DNA from: Eledone cirrhosa | Taxonomy: Eukaryota | Assembly: GCA_964016885.1 (NCBI GenBank) | Contig: CAXHJY010001213.1 | Location: forward strand, 1 to 64,000 | Direction of reading: 5' to 3' | Length of the DNA stretch: 64,000 nucleotides | Part shown: piece after piece, positions 13,333 through 27,400 of the stretch | Numbering within the stretch: position 1 is the first letter of the stretch | Layout of the letters: each line of letters begins with the position of its first letter | Notes under the pieces: generated by a model | What the model saw: only the letters and a program-made list of their open reading frames with translations | What the model was told of the DNA's origin: nothing | The model's database searches: none | Translations under genes and position numbers: made by a program

Positions 13333-13418
13333 TGATGGCTGCCCCCTCGTTATTGAGTATGGCCATTGCACAATTAAAAAAAAAAAAAAAAAAAATAAAA
13401 TAAATAAATAAATAAAAA

Positions 13419-13454
<36 letters not shown>

Positions 13455-13476
13455 AAAAAAAAAAAAAAGGGAAAAG

Positions 13477-13507
<31 letters not shown>

Positions 13508-13629
13508 TATACATACATATATATATACACATATATATACACACACACATACATACACATACATACATATATACACACACACATACATACACATACACTC
13601 ACACATATATACACACATACATTAATAAC

Positions 13630-13666
<37 letters not shown>

Positions 13667-13754
13667 GCAATAATAATAATAACGACAACAACAATAATAA
13701 TATACATATTCATATATATATACACACACACGCACGCACATAAGCATATCTACC

Positions 13755-13785
<31 letters not shown>

Positions 13786-16700
13786 GATAGCAACTAACAG
13801 TGCTGCGATCGAATGTGGCTTTTTAGCCCAGCCAATGATCTAAAATGTCTTGCACAGAGTCGGCAACCAAAACATTTACTGGGAATAGTCGGCTGTGGTT
13901 GGAGTTCGTGTACTTTTGCATGTCGCTTGAGTCCTCCTGCTGATTTACATTCTCTACCACATGTTTGGCAAGCATGATGAGTAGCATCTCCAACAGCAGC
14001 CTGGTAGTCAACCACTGGTCTTACTTTATGACTGCGAAGATGACTTTCGAGTCCAGCTTTGCTTAGGCAGAGTCTCGCACAGACGCTGCATGTCAGAAAC
14101 ATAGGAGGACCCTCGCCGTCTGGAAGTGCAACAGCAATACCCTTCCTCACGTCCCGCTTTACTTTCTCGTGTGCGATTCGAGATGCCTCAAAGGCAACTT
14201 TTCCCTCATATACAGTCTTTCTCCATTTATTACGATCAGCAGCAATATTTTCCCATGTATCAGCAGAGATGTTAGCGTCTTTCAGAGAGGCCTTCAAGGA
14301 ATCCTTATACCTCTTTTTTGGTTTATGTGGCGGTCGTTTTCCTTTAACCAACTCTCCATAGAAGAGTTGTTTTGGTATTCTAGAATCCTTCATCCTGGCA
14401 AGGTGACCACTCCAACGGAGTCGCTGCTTAAGCACAAGAGCTTCTATACTGTCACACATAGAGCTTTCCAAAATCTCGACATCACTGATGTGGTCCCTCC
14501 AGCGAACGCCATGTATCCGTCTGAGACACATCTGATGGAAACGCTCCAATTGCTTAAGGTGGCGTCGATATGTGACCCAGGTCTCGCAGGCATAAAGAAG
14601 ACAAGAGAGTACACATGCCCTGTACACCTTTACCTTTGTCCTCCTGCATATGTCTCGCCGACCCCAGAGTCGCCTTTCTAGCTTTCCGAAAGCATCACTT
14701 GCTTTCCTAATCCTAAGTGAGATCTCACTGTCAAGGTTGCCGTATCGATTGACAGTGCTTCCCAGGTAGACAAACTGATCAACCACTCCAAGTCGTTTGC
14801 CATACACATAGATGTTTGGTTCAGTGTACTGCCTACCAGGTGCAGGTTGGTACATGACGACGGTTTTCTTGAGACTGACAGTCAAACCCAGGGCAGTGCA
14901 AGCGTCAGAAAATACATTCAAAATGTGCTGCATATCACTCTCTGTGTGCGCTACAAGATCGCAATCATCTGCATACAAGAGGTCTCTTATGACTGATGTA
15001 AATACTTTTGTCTTCGCAGCAAAGCGCCTGATGTTAAATATGCTGCCTGAGGTTCGATATCGGATGTAAACACCATGCTCGCAATTCCTGAATGCAATAC
15101 AGAAAACCATTGCAAAGTATATGGCAAACAGGGTCGGTGCTGGAATATCCCCCTGTTTCACTCCATTTTTTACTGAGATAGGCTCCGACATGCTACCTCC
15201 GACATTAACCCAAGCCTTCATGTCGTCATGGAAAGACCTAACTAAAGCAAGGAACTTATCAGGGCAACCAAGTTTCTGGAGAACCTTCCATAATGCATCT
15301 CTGTTGACAGTATCGAAAGCCTTTGTCAGATCGACAAAAACCTGATACAGATCCAAGCCCTGTTCAATGCACTTCTCCTGGAGCTGTCTAGCTGAGAAGA
15401 TCATATCAGTAGTGCCGCGTCCAACACGAAAACCAGATTGACTTTCAGGAAGGACACAATCTGCAATGTGTGTCAGCAGACGGTCCAGAAGCACCCTACA
15501 TAAAACTTTCCCCACGACAGAAAGCAATGATATACCTCTGTAGTTCCCACAATCATTCCTGTTACCCTTTCCCTTGTACAAGACCACCATTACTGCATCT
15601 CTCCAGTCCTCAGGCACGGATTCATTAGCCCATATCCTTCCAAACAGAGAGTGAAGATGTTGCAGGAGTCTCTCACCACCATATTGTAGGAGCTCAGCAT
15701 GTATGCCATCCATACCTGGAGATCTTCCACTGTTCAGCTTCGAAATAGCCACTGCAACCTCCACAAGTGTCGGAGGTTCTGCGAGAGCTACTTTCACAGG
15801 ACTTTCCGGAATGAGATTGAGGAAATCTTCACTGACGACAGACGGCTGATTCAAAAGATCATCAAAGTGCTCTCGCCACCTTCGTAGAATTCCCTGTGAG
15901 TCACGAAGAAGTTCTTTGCCATCCTTGCTGCGAATCGGTGTCACCAGAGAAGAAGACGGTCCATAAACCTCACGCAAGAGACTGTACAACAGCTTTGTGT
16001 TATTGCAATCAGACGCAGTTTGTATCTCACCAGCCTTCTCACTCCACCACTGATCCTTCATCTGAGAAAGACTCCGCCTAACACGTGATTTTACATCCCT
16101 GAGCTCCTCATGCAACGTATTCCTCTCCTGTGGTCTTGCCGTCAAGTAGCGTGACAGAGCGCGCCTCTTATCAGCCAACAAGTCATCTATATGCACATCC
16201 TTCTCATCAAACCAGTCCTGATGTTTTCTCTGCACCAATCCCAGAACACGTCTGCCTACATCATAAACCGACTTTTTAAGAGTCGGCCAATCCTCACCAA
16301 GATCTGCAGCCTGCATCTCTTCTTCCAATGTCCTCTTCACATTTTTATCCTTAAGACGAGCAGCATTCAATCTTTTGGGCAGGGCAACACCAGGAGCCCG
16401 GATTTTACGTTTGGTGATTAGATTCACTTTTGCGCGTACCAGGCGGTGGTCCGTCCAGCACTCAGCTCCACGAAGAACACGAACACACTGCACATCCTGT
16501 CTGTCACGCATCCTGACTAGGACGTAGTCCAAAAGATGCCATTCCTTAGATGCAGGATGCATCCATGTGGTCTTGAATTTGTTCTTTTGTTGGAACATGG
16601 TGCTGGTAACACACAGATCCAGCTCCTCACACATCTGCAGCAAGAGCATACCATTGCTGTTACACTTTCCCACCCCATGCCTTCCGATTACATTCCATGT

Positions 16701-17378
16701 GTTAAAATCCCTACCCACTCTAGCATTAAAGTCACCAAGCACGATGACTTTGTCTGCCTGAGGGATATTTCTTAAAACACCTTTCAAGGCATGGTAAAAG
16801 GACAGTTTTTCTTCATCGACAGAATTCATAGTTGGAGCATACACACTCACCAGGGTAGCATATCTTCCCTTGTCCAGCGGAACTCTCATGGACATAAGAC
16901 GCTCACTAATCCCCACTGGGAATTCTTCCAATTTATTCACCAGTACAGTCTTAACAGCAAATCCCACCCCAGCCTCTCTTCTGGTTCCTTCATCTCTTCC
17001 TTTCCAGAAGAATGTATATTCTCCACAAAATTCCGTAAGATGACCATCTCCAGCTAACCTCGTCTCAGACAAAGCCACGATGTCAAGATCGTAACGTCGA
17101 AGCTCCTTCGCAACAAGAGCGGTCCTTCGTTCAGGACGCTCCAAAGAATCCCTGTCAAGCAGCGTCCGTACGTTCCAGCAGCCAAGACTAAATGCCCTGT
17201 TTGGCTCTATTACAATGGCACGATGACGGGCGGGCCCAGGTTGTGATAACTTGGGGCCCCTGCCCTTATTGCCAATGATCTCTTTTGTTCCAGAACCCAA
17301 ATTGGCAATTATCTCGTTTACATTGTTCTGGAACATCATTGAATTGGAAAAAAAAAAAAAAAAAAAAAAGTAATAATA

Positions 17379-17413
<35 letters not shown>

Positions 17414-17716
17414 ACACTATTAATAATTATTAATGCACTCGTGCAATGCCTGTGCGTGACGAATATTTTTAAAGTGAGGAAAGACTGTGCACTGAACCAA
17501 TCCCACTCTCTGAGCGACAGTAGCTATAACCCGAAAAGAAGAAAAGATCAACATCATCGGTAACTACGGAGCCGCAGGTTTTATATCGGAGTTAACCCAG
17601 TTTCCTGAGATGCCTTCTCCTAGAAGAATACCCTGACATGGGCTAGGGGTTCTTCACTCCCAGTGGTTTAACTGCGCGATCGGGCATCCAGCCCGATTAT
17701 TTCTATGTCCCCGCGC
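13333..17716 (-). mobile_element. Full-length-like RTE-clade LINE
   Basis: Long APE-RT ORF. A GC-richer putative 5' UTR at ~17430-17716 contains a CTAGGAGAAGG motif typical of RTE leaders. The 3' UTR has (TG)n/(TTA)n and a terminal tag shared with the copy at 10172-11053. Confidence 0.9.
13794..17339 (-). CDS. RTE ORF: AP endonuclease + reverse transcriptase + 3 C-terminal C2H2 zinc fingers
   Basis: WNVRTL, DIVALSETR, YAPT, GDFNARVG, DYVL, TDHRL (APE). NYRGISLLS, QSGFR, DLTKAFD, GVKQG, LYADD (RT). CSVC..HLRSH, CQTC..HAKVH, CRLC..HIRSQH. Open 1181-aa frame. Confidence 0.95.
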   Translation of the reverse strand: MMFQNNVNEIIANLGSGTKEIIGNKGRGPKLSQPGPARHRAIVIEPNRAFSLGCWNVRTLLDRDSLERPERRTALVAKELRRYDLDIVALSETRLAGDGHLTEFCGEYTFFWKGRDEGTRREAGVGFAVKTVLVNKLEEFPVGISERLMSMRVPLDKGRYATLVSVYAPTMNSVDEEKLSFYHALKGVLRNIPQADKVIVLGDFNARVGRDFNTWNVIGRHGVGKCNSNGMLLLQMCEELDLCVTSTMFQQKNKFKTTWMHPASKEWHLLDYVLVRMRDRQDVQCVRVLRGAECWTDHRLVRAKVNLITKRKIRAPGVALPKRLNAARLKDKNVKRTLEEEMQAADLGEDWPTLKKSVYDVGRRVLGLVQRKHQDWFDEKDVHIDDLLADKRRALSRYLTARPQERNTLHEELRDVKSRVRRSLSQMKDQWWSEKAGEIQTASDCNNTKLLYSLLREVYGPSSSLVTPIRSKDGKELLRDSQGILRRWREHFDDLLNQPSVVSEDFLNLIPESPVKVALAEPPTLVEVAVAISKLNSGRSPGMDGIHAELLQYGGERLLQHLHSLFGRIWANESVPEDWRDAVMVVLYKGKGNRNDCGNYRGISLLSVVGKVLCRVLLDRLLTHIADCVLPESQSGFRVGRGTTDMIFSARQLQEKCIEQGLDLYQVFVDLTKAFDTVNRDALWKVLQKLGCPDKFLALVRSFHDDMKAWVNVGGSMSEPISVKNGVKQGDIPAPTLFAIYFAMVFCIAFRNCEHGVYIRYRTSGSIFNIRRFAAKTKVFTSVIRDLLYADDCDLVAHTESDMQHILNVFSDACTALGLTVSLKKTVVMYQPAPGRQYTEPNIYVYGKRLGVVDQFVYLGSTVNRYGNLDSEISLRIRKASDAFGKLERRLWGRRDICRRTKVKVYRACVLSCLLYACETWVTYRRHLKQLERFHQMCLRRIHGVRWRDHISDVEILESSMCDSIEALVLKQRLRWSGHLARMKDSRIPKQLFYGELVKGKRPPHKPKKRYKDSLKASLKDANISADTWENIAADRNKWRKTVYEGKVAFEASRIAHEKVKRDVRKGIAVALPDGEGPPMFLTCSVCARLCLSKAGLESHLRSHKVRPVVDYQAAVGDATHHACQTCGRECKSAGGLKRHAKVHELQPQPTIPSKCFGCRLCARHFRSLAGLKSHIRSQHC

Positions 17717-17989
17717 AAAAAAAAAAAAAAAAAAAAAAAAAATTACTTATTGACACTTATACGTACGACATACACACACACGCATACATATGCGTGCACA
17801 CAGCAACACTCGCACACACAACAAACACACACACACGCTACTCTACTCACTTACACGCACACACACACATATATATATATATATTACCGTCATTACTGAT
17901 ACAAGATTACCAGATTATGTCAACTGTTGACTTTCAAGAGTTTGTATAGTTGAAGCCGATCGTATTACAGTCCAGTATTACTATAATTG

Positions 17990-18090
17990 CTTTACAGCAT
18001 AGAGTTATGGCTCTCCACGGAGTCAACAAAAGAGAGTACCAGTGATGCGCTGGCCAGTCGCTGGATCCGTGCCAAAAGCAGAAAAATTAT
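17990..18090 (+). mobile_element. Degenerate SINE remnant
   Basis: CATAGAGTTA...GTACCAGTGATGCGCTGG...GTGCCAAAAGCAGAAA resembles the SINE body and tail found throughout the window. Confidence 0.5.
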
Positions 18091-18179
18091 TATTAAAGTT
18101 GTTCTTAAGGTCGCTGGTGATGGTGATGGCGACGGCGGTGGCGGTGGTGGTGGTGGCGGCAGTTGATGTTGTTGTTCTG

Positions 18180-18222
<43 letters not shown>

Positions 18223-18270
18223 GTTATTTTGAGTTTTTTTTTTTTTTTTTTTTTTTCCTTTCTTTTTTTC

Positions 18271-18302
<32 letters not shown>

Positions 18303-18949
18303 CCCTTTTCCTTTTTCTTTTCCCTTCCTTTTTTTATGTTTTGATGCCGCTGTTGTTGTTGTTGTTGTAATTGTTGTAATTGTTGTAATTGTTGTAATTG
18401 TTGTATAGGGAGCTTATAGATAGGACAACACACGCTGTCTCTTCGTGGGGTAAGTTTTTAATTAATTTTTGTATTCTGAAACATCAAAATACAACAATTT
18501 GTTGGTTACTGGACTCGGGAATGTCACGACAGAAGTTTGTGGAAGTTACACAAATATTTTAGTATATTTTAGCAGAGCAATCCTTATTTATATTTTACAT
18601 TTACTTACATCTCAATATAACATGGCTAGAATTCAAATTTTGCTAAGAGAAGAAAACGGTCAAATGAACTAGATACATCTCACTGTCCACACCACCACAA
18701 TAACGTCTACACTCTCTCCCCACCATCACATGTCATTACCATACCATACCCTATCGAGACTAAAGTCATCGACCTGTTGTCAAACTCTCTACTCTCTGAT
18801 GAATGTATATATATATATGTGTGTGTATGTATATGTGTGTACATACATCACTCAGTCAAACAACCAGATTTCAACCCCAACATCTACAACAACAACAACA
18901 CCGGCACTAATGTTTACAGCAACAACAGCTTCAGAATGAACTGAAATGA

Positions 18950-19839
<890 letters not shown>

Positions 19840-19844
<5 letters not shown>

Positions 19845-19968
19845 AACAAGTAAGACCCCGACGGCTGAGCTCAAGCCGTTTCGACGGATAATTCTGACAG
19901 AGTTAGCCGTCGAAACGGCTTGAGCTCAGCCGTCGGTGTCTTGTTCCTATTACCCACTCTACTACCCT
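19840..19968. repeat. Fold-back of a 5'-truncated hammerhead (3' half only)
   Basis: Inverted repeat 19840-19950 centred on the hairpin GACGGATAATTCT/AGAGTTAGCCGTC. The right arm reads GAAA-CGGCT(loop)AGCCG-TC. Confidence 0.7.
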
Positions 19969-20038
19969 ATATATATATAGATATAGATAGGTAAATATAC
20001 ACGGGTGTGTATGATTGTGTATAGAAGATTATATTAAG

Positions 20039-20426
20039 AAGAGGAATTCCAACTTTGTCTGATTTACTCGTTTTATTTACAATCCTTTCAAATATATAAT
20101 GGTATTATAATGAAATAGTATGATAGAATATTAAATTCTAAGTGTTAATTGAACAAGTACTTTCATGCTTTCGCAATCTTCAGGTTCATAAGATGTGGTG
20201 ACAGTCGAGTTTGCAATTTTCAACTGTTGAAATTTTTACAGTTGAAAATTGCAAACTCGACTGTCACCACATATCATGAACCTGAAGATTGCGAAAGCAT
20301 GAAAGTACTTGTTCAATTAACATTTAGAATTTAATATTCTATCATACTATTTCATTATAATACCATTATATATTTTAAAGGATTGTAAATAAAACGAGTA
20401 AATCAGACAAAGTTGGAATTCCTCTT
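20039..20426. mobile_element. ~390-bp near-perfect fold-back of an HHR-bearing pLTR-like fragment (family C)
   Basis: Arms AAGAGGAATTCC...CAACTGT and ACAGTTG...GGAATTCCTCTT, centre near 20232. One HHR per arm. Confidence 0.85.
20277..20315 (+). ncRNA. Minimal type I hammerhead ribozyme (family C); mirror copy at 20150-20188 on -
   Basis: TGAAC-CTGAAGA-T TGC GAAA GCA T-GAAA-GTAC-TT-GTTCA. Stem I 5 bp, GNRA-capped stem II, palindromic stem III AGTACT. Confidence 0.8.
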
Positions 20427-20513
20427 ATTAATATATATATATATATATACATACATATATATATATATATATATACATACATATATATATATATATATAT
20501 ACATATATATACA

Positions 20514-21258
20514 TGTAGATAAATCTACCAAAAGTTTACGGTAGTGTCCAATCCGTATGAAGAACTCAATGTAATCCGGATATCATGGAAAGAAGAGATG
20601 CATTCAAAAATCACTTTCGGTGAAAGATAAACGGAATACAGAATCAAGATAAAATATTAAAAAAATAATGAATAAAACAATGAAACAGTTCCTTATATTA
20701 AAAAAAAAAAGTTCATTATTTAACGATCGTTTCTAGGACATATATGTGTTAGAATTGGCATGCATATTCAACAGATCTATGTACAAAATTATACAAAATT
20801 ATGCAAACTATCAAATAGAATATACATACCAACACATACATATGCCGTCTTCAGAAATAATGAAATATATTTATTGATAATAACAACAATTCAAAATTAC
20901 AGGTCTGTTTGGGAACAGAGTTCAAATAGACCAATGAAATACACAAAAATATATCAAGAAAATACAGTTAGGTGTGTGTATATATGTAAGTAACTTCGTC
21001 CAAAGATATGCATAAAAATGTATGTTCACATGCATACGCATGTCGAAAAAATGTATGTAAATACAAAAATTCAGGGCTAATGTCTCTGTATGTTTATAAT
21101 CTACAGACAAAATACACATACGTATACATACATATATACACTCATATATACACACATATACATACATATATACACTCATATATACACACATATACATACA
21201 TTCATACACACACACACGCATATACACATAAACATACACATACCCACGAACATACACA

Positions 21259-21331
<73 letters not shown>

Positions 21332-21561
21332 GTATATATTATTATTATAACTATATGGATATTGAGGCGCACACATAAATACTGCAACATATACTTACAT
21401 CTAGATGCAGAACTAAAAATAGGTAAAGGGAGTCAGTAATTACAGAGGGTGTCAGACAACAGCCTATTTATAAAAATGTATCTATAAATTTAGAAATAAA
21501 AAGAAATATATTAAAAGAAATAAACAAGTAAAATATATACTCATACATAAAATACACACCG

Positions 21562-21636
<75 letters not shown>

Positions 21637-22039
21637 TATAGAGAGACATATACATATACATATATAAACATACACATACACACATACATATATATATACA
21701 TGTACTCACAACACACATATATATACACATATATGTACACACACATACACACATACATACACATACATATATATATATACACACATATATATACACATAT
21801 ATATATACACACATATATATATACATACACGCACATATATATACACACACACACATACATATACGTATATATACATACACATACACATATACATGTATAT
21901 ATATACACATACAACCCCACGCTCACACACAACTCAGACGTACATAAATATAGAGATATACATACACACATATATATATATATATAGATATATACATACA
22001 TATAAATATATATACACACACATACATACACACACACAT

Positions 22040-22089
<50 letters not shown>

Positions 22090-24080
22090 ATAAATAAATA
22101 CACACAGTCAGACAATTATGCGCATATATACACATACATACACACATCTCTACAAATATATATACACATACACATACATACACACACATATATATACATA
22201 TATATATATACAATCATACACACTTATTTACATGCGCACATATGTATTTTTATACTCACATACAAACACCCAAACATACATACATACTTACATACACATA
22301 CATACATCCACGCTTACAAATACGAATAATTATAGGGGGGGGGGGAAGGGGATTAAAATTATTAGTGGGAAATAGTAAATATAGGTTTCAAGGAACATAG
22401 AATATTAATCTGCATTTAGATCATAATATGTGTTTACATAGTAGTTTCAGTATTAGGAAATGTAAGAAAGAAGGCAAAATTATGCATTTTAATATAAGTA
22501 GACTATTAATTATAGGTTAACTAAATTAAAAATAGTTAATATATTGATTTCTAAGGTGTATACTACTTAGGTTTATAATATTTAAAGCGGAATTTTGAAG
22601 TTAAACAGTAGTAGAGTATTAATTATAGCATAACTAAATTAAAAATATTAACATTATGGTATCAATTTTAGGAAATGAATTTAGTAATAGGGAAAACCAA
22701 ATCAAGTATTTCATCGGTAGTAGCATATAAATTATAGGTTAACTAAACTAAAAATTATATATTAATTTCTATAGTATATGTTAATTAGGTTTATAATAAT
22801 TAAAGCAGATTTTGTATTTTATCTATAGTAGAATATAATTATAGGTTAACAAAAATTAAAATTAATCTATATATTTATTTGTAAAGAATATATTAATTAG
22901 GTATATATTTAAAAGTTTTTCTCAGTTTATGATTACATGATATTCTGCAATCCATCTGTATTAGAATTTTAATTTTAAGCTAACTAAATTAAAATTATAG
23001 GTTAATTAAATTAAAATTAATTTATAAATTAATTTCTAAATTGTACATTAATTAGGTTTATAATATTAAAAAGTATTTCTCTGTTATTGATTACACGATA
23101 TTTTGTTATATTTCATCTGTAAAGGAATTTTAATAAAAGGTTAAATAAACTAAAATTAATCTATAAATTAATTTCCAAAGTATATATTAATTATGTTAAT
23201 AATATTTAAAAGTTTTTCACAATTTATGATTACACAATATTTTTTTAATCTCATCTGTAGTAGAATTTTAATTAAATTAAAGTTATAGGTTAACTACATT
23301 TAAATTAAATTATATATTAATTTCTAAAATATATATTATTAATTAGGTTTATAATATTTAAATGTTTTTCTCAGTTTATGATTACACGATATAATTAATT
23401 CCTGTCGCTTATTTAATAGGATATCCTTAGATTTCATTATTTCAAATAGTTCTTGGGAACACAATCTACATTCATTTCTATTATTTTGATAAGGGGTGGC
23501 TCTTTTGAGCACACTCCAGGTCATATCATATTCTATATTCTTATTTCTATAACTATTAATTTTTTCTGCTAGAGATGTTGTATTAGCCAGTGCGGCATTT
23601 TTAAAAAAACTATGTTTGTGGGTATTAAACCTTACCTTAAAATTGTTAGAAGTAGCTCCGATATATGAGCAAATAGAATCTTTAGTTTTAACTTTACATT
23701 TATAAACTATGTTGTTAACAAGACAATTTCCTTTTAATGGGCAGTTTGCTTTGTTTCTACAGTTACAACCTTTCGTTAATTCTGTATTTGAGGAGATATT
23801 ATGGTTAGTTTGATGTATTGGTGGTATACTTATGGTTTTTTTACATTTATATGCATTATAGGCACTTATATTTTGTTTTATGTTTTTGGTTGTTGAGTAT
23901 GAGAATTTAACTGTTGATCTATTTAAGATTTGATGGTATTTGTGGTTTGGCGGGAAGTTTTTCTCTAGGATATAAACAAATTTTTTAGCAATATTATCCT
24001 TAATTTGTAAATTAAATGGAGCATTATACCAAGTAACTCGTCTATTACGGTTTCTATGTTGTTTATTATTTTTATAGGTT
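20514..24080 (-). mobile_element. Diverged 5'-truncated third copy of the Naiad-type PLE (GIY-YIG + 3' UTR + HHR)
   Basis: 23339-24080 encodes a near-identical GIY-YIG region. It has the same 3' terminus (TGTAGATAAATCTACC on +) abutting (TA)n. Confidence 0.92.
20712..20864 (-). ncRNA. Type I hammerhead ribozyme motif (family A, third copy)
   Basis: Core CTGAAGA, GAAACGATCGTT and the 10-bp stem I are identical to the other two copies, while stem II carries substitutions. Confidence 0.72.
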
Positions 24081-24134
24081 ATACATACATATATATATAT
24101 ACATATATATATACATATATATATATATACATAC

Positions 24135-24172
<38 letters not shown>

Positions 24173-24268
24173 CTATATATACATATATATATATACATAC
24201 ATATATATACATATATATATATATACATATATATACATATATATATACATACATATATATATATATAT

Positions 24269-24299
<31 letters not shown>

Positions 24300-24366
24300 C
24301 ATATATATACATATATATATACATACATATATATATATATATACATACATATATATACATATATAT

Positions 24367-24407
<41 letters not shown>

Positions 24408-24424
24408 CATATATATATATATAT

Positions 24425-24479
<55 letters not shown>

Positions 24480-24480
24480 C

Positions 24481-27400
24481 ATATAGACATAGAATATTCG
24501 AAAATATTCTGTATGTTTATAATAAACATTTTGAAGACCTAATCGCTATAGAATAGAATACGTCACGTATTACAATTAGATTCTCGATAAAAGCAAGGGA
24601 AGTAATCTACGCGTTTCATTCTCGTTAGAAATCATCAGGACTACATATCCAGTGCTTTTATCGAGAATGACACAGCTAGAGACTTATAGAATACTTAGCT
24701 GTGTACAGGAACTGGTTTGAAAGAGCGGTTGCCGGTCCGGCAGAAATTAGAAATTGGAATAAATGCTCTGAAATAGCGATATATATGTGAATATAGACAT
24801 AGAATATTCGAAAATATTCTGTATGTTTATAATAAACATTTTGAAGACCTAATCGCTATAGAATAGAATACGTCACGTATTACAATTAGATTCTCGATAA
24901 AAGCAAGGGAAGTAATCTACGCGTTTCATTCTCGTTAGAAATCATCAGGACTACATATCCAGTGCTTTTATCGAGAATGACACAGCTAGAGACTTATAGA
25001 ATACTTAGCTGTGTACAGGAACTGGTTTGAAAGAGCGGTTGCCGGTCCGGCAGAAATTAGAAATTGGAATAAATGCTCTGAAATAGCGATATATATGTGA
25101 ATATAGACATAGAATATTCGAAAATATTCTGTATGTTTATAATAAACATTTTGAAGACCTAATCGCTATAGAATAGAATACGTCACGTATTACAATTAGA
25201 TTCTCGATAAAAGCAAGGGAAGTAATCTACGCGTTTCATTCTCGTTAGAAATCATCAGGACTACATATCCAGTGCTTTTATCGAGAATGACACAGCTAGA
25301 GACTTATAGAATACTTAGCTGTGTACAGGAACTGGTTTGAAAGAGCGGTTGCCGGTCCGGCAGAAATTAGAAATTGGAATAAATGCTCTGAAATAGCGAT
25401 ATATATGTGAATATAGACATAGAATATTCGAAAATATTCTGTATGTTTATAATAAACATTTTGAAGACCTAATCGCTATAGAATAGAATACGTCACGTAT
25501 TACAATTAGATTCTCGATAAAAGCAAGGGAAGTAATCTACGCGTTTCATTCTCGTTAGAAATCATCAGGACTACATATCCAGTGCTTTTATCGAGAATGA
25601 CACAGCTAGAGACTTATAGAATACTTAGCTGTGTACAGGAACTGGTTTGAAAGAGCGGTTGCCGGTCCGGCAGAAATTAGAAATTGGAATAAATGCTCTG
25701 AAATAGCGATATATATGTGAATATAGACATAGAATATTCGAAAATATTCTGTATGTTTATAATAAACATTTTGAAGACCTAATCGCTATAGAATAGAATA
25801 CGTCACGTATTACAATTAGATTCTCGATAAAAGCAAGGGAAGTAATCTACGCGTTTCATTCTCGTTAGAAATCATCAGGACTACATATCCAGTGCTTTTA
25901 TCGAGAATGACACAGCTAGAGACTTATAGAATACTTAGCTGTGTACAGGAACTGGTTTGAAAGAGCGGTTGCCGGTCCGGCAGAAATTAGAAATTGGAAT
26001 AAATGCTCTGAAATAGCGATATATATGTGAATATAGACATAGAATATTCGAAAATATTCTGTATGTTTATAATAAACATTTTGAAGACCTAATCGCTATA
26101 GAATAGAATACGTCACGTATTACAATTAGATTCTCGATAAAAGCAAGGGAAGTAATCTACGCGTTTCATTCTCGTTAGAAATCATCAGGACTACATATCC
26201 AGTGCTTTTATCGAGAATGACACAGCTAGAGACTTATAGAATACTTAGCTGTGTACAGGAACTGGTTTGAAAGAGCGGTTGCCGGTCCGGCAGAAATTAG
26301 AAATTGGAATAAATGCTCTGAAATAGCGATATATATGTGAATATAGATTAGGTCTTCAAAATGTTTATTATAAACATACAGAATATTTTCGAATATTCTA
26401 TGTCTATATTCACATATATATCGCTATTTCAGAGCATTTATTCCAATTTCTAATTTCTGCCGGACCGGCAACCGCTCTTTCAAACCAGTTCCTGTACACA
26501 GCTAAGTATTCTATAAGTCTCTAGCTGTGTCATTCTCGATAAAAGCACTGGATATGTAGTCCTGATGATTTCTAACGAGAATGAAACGCGTAGATTACTT
26601 CCCTTGCTTTTATCGAGAATCTAATTGTAATACGTGACGTATTCTATTCTATAGCGATTAGGTCTTCAAAATGTTTATTATAAACATACAGAATATTTTC
26701 GAATATTCTATGTCTATATTCACATATATATCGCTATTTCAGAGCATTTATTCCAATTTCTAATTTCTGCCGGACCGGCAACCGCTCTTTCAAACCAGTT
26801 CCTGTACACAGCTAAGTATTCTATAAGTCTCTAGCTGTGTCATTCTCGATAAAAGCACTGGATATGTAGTCCTGATGATTTCTAACGAGAATGAAACGCG
26901 TAGATTACTTCCCTTGCTTTTATCGAGAATCTAATTGTAATACGTGACGTATTCTATTCTATAGCGATTAGGTCTTCAAAATGTTTATTATAAACATACA
27001 GAATATTTTCGAATATTCTATGTCTATATTCACATATATATCGCTATTTCAGAGCATTTATTCCAATTTCTAATTTCTGCCGGACCGGCAACCGCTCTTT
27101 CAAACCAGTTCCTGTACACAGCTAAGTATTCTATAAGTCTCTAGCTGTGTCATTCTCGATAAAAGCACTGGATATGTAGTCCTGATGATTTCTAACGAGA
27201 ATGAAACGCGTAGATTACTTCCCTTGCTTTTATCGAGAATCTAATTGTAATACGTGACGTATTCTATTCTATAGCGATTAGGTCTTCAAAATGTTTATTA
27301 TAAACATACAGAATATTTTCGAATATTCTATGTCTATATTCACATATATATCGCTATTTCAGAGCATTTATTCCAATTTCTAATTTCTGCCGGACCGGCA

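Noticed and set aside
17560-17716. HDV-like ribozyme in the RTE 5' UTR
   Set aside because: I could not build a convincing nested double pseudoknot by eye; this needs a descriptor search.
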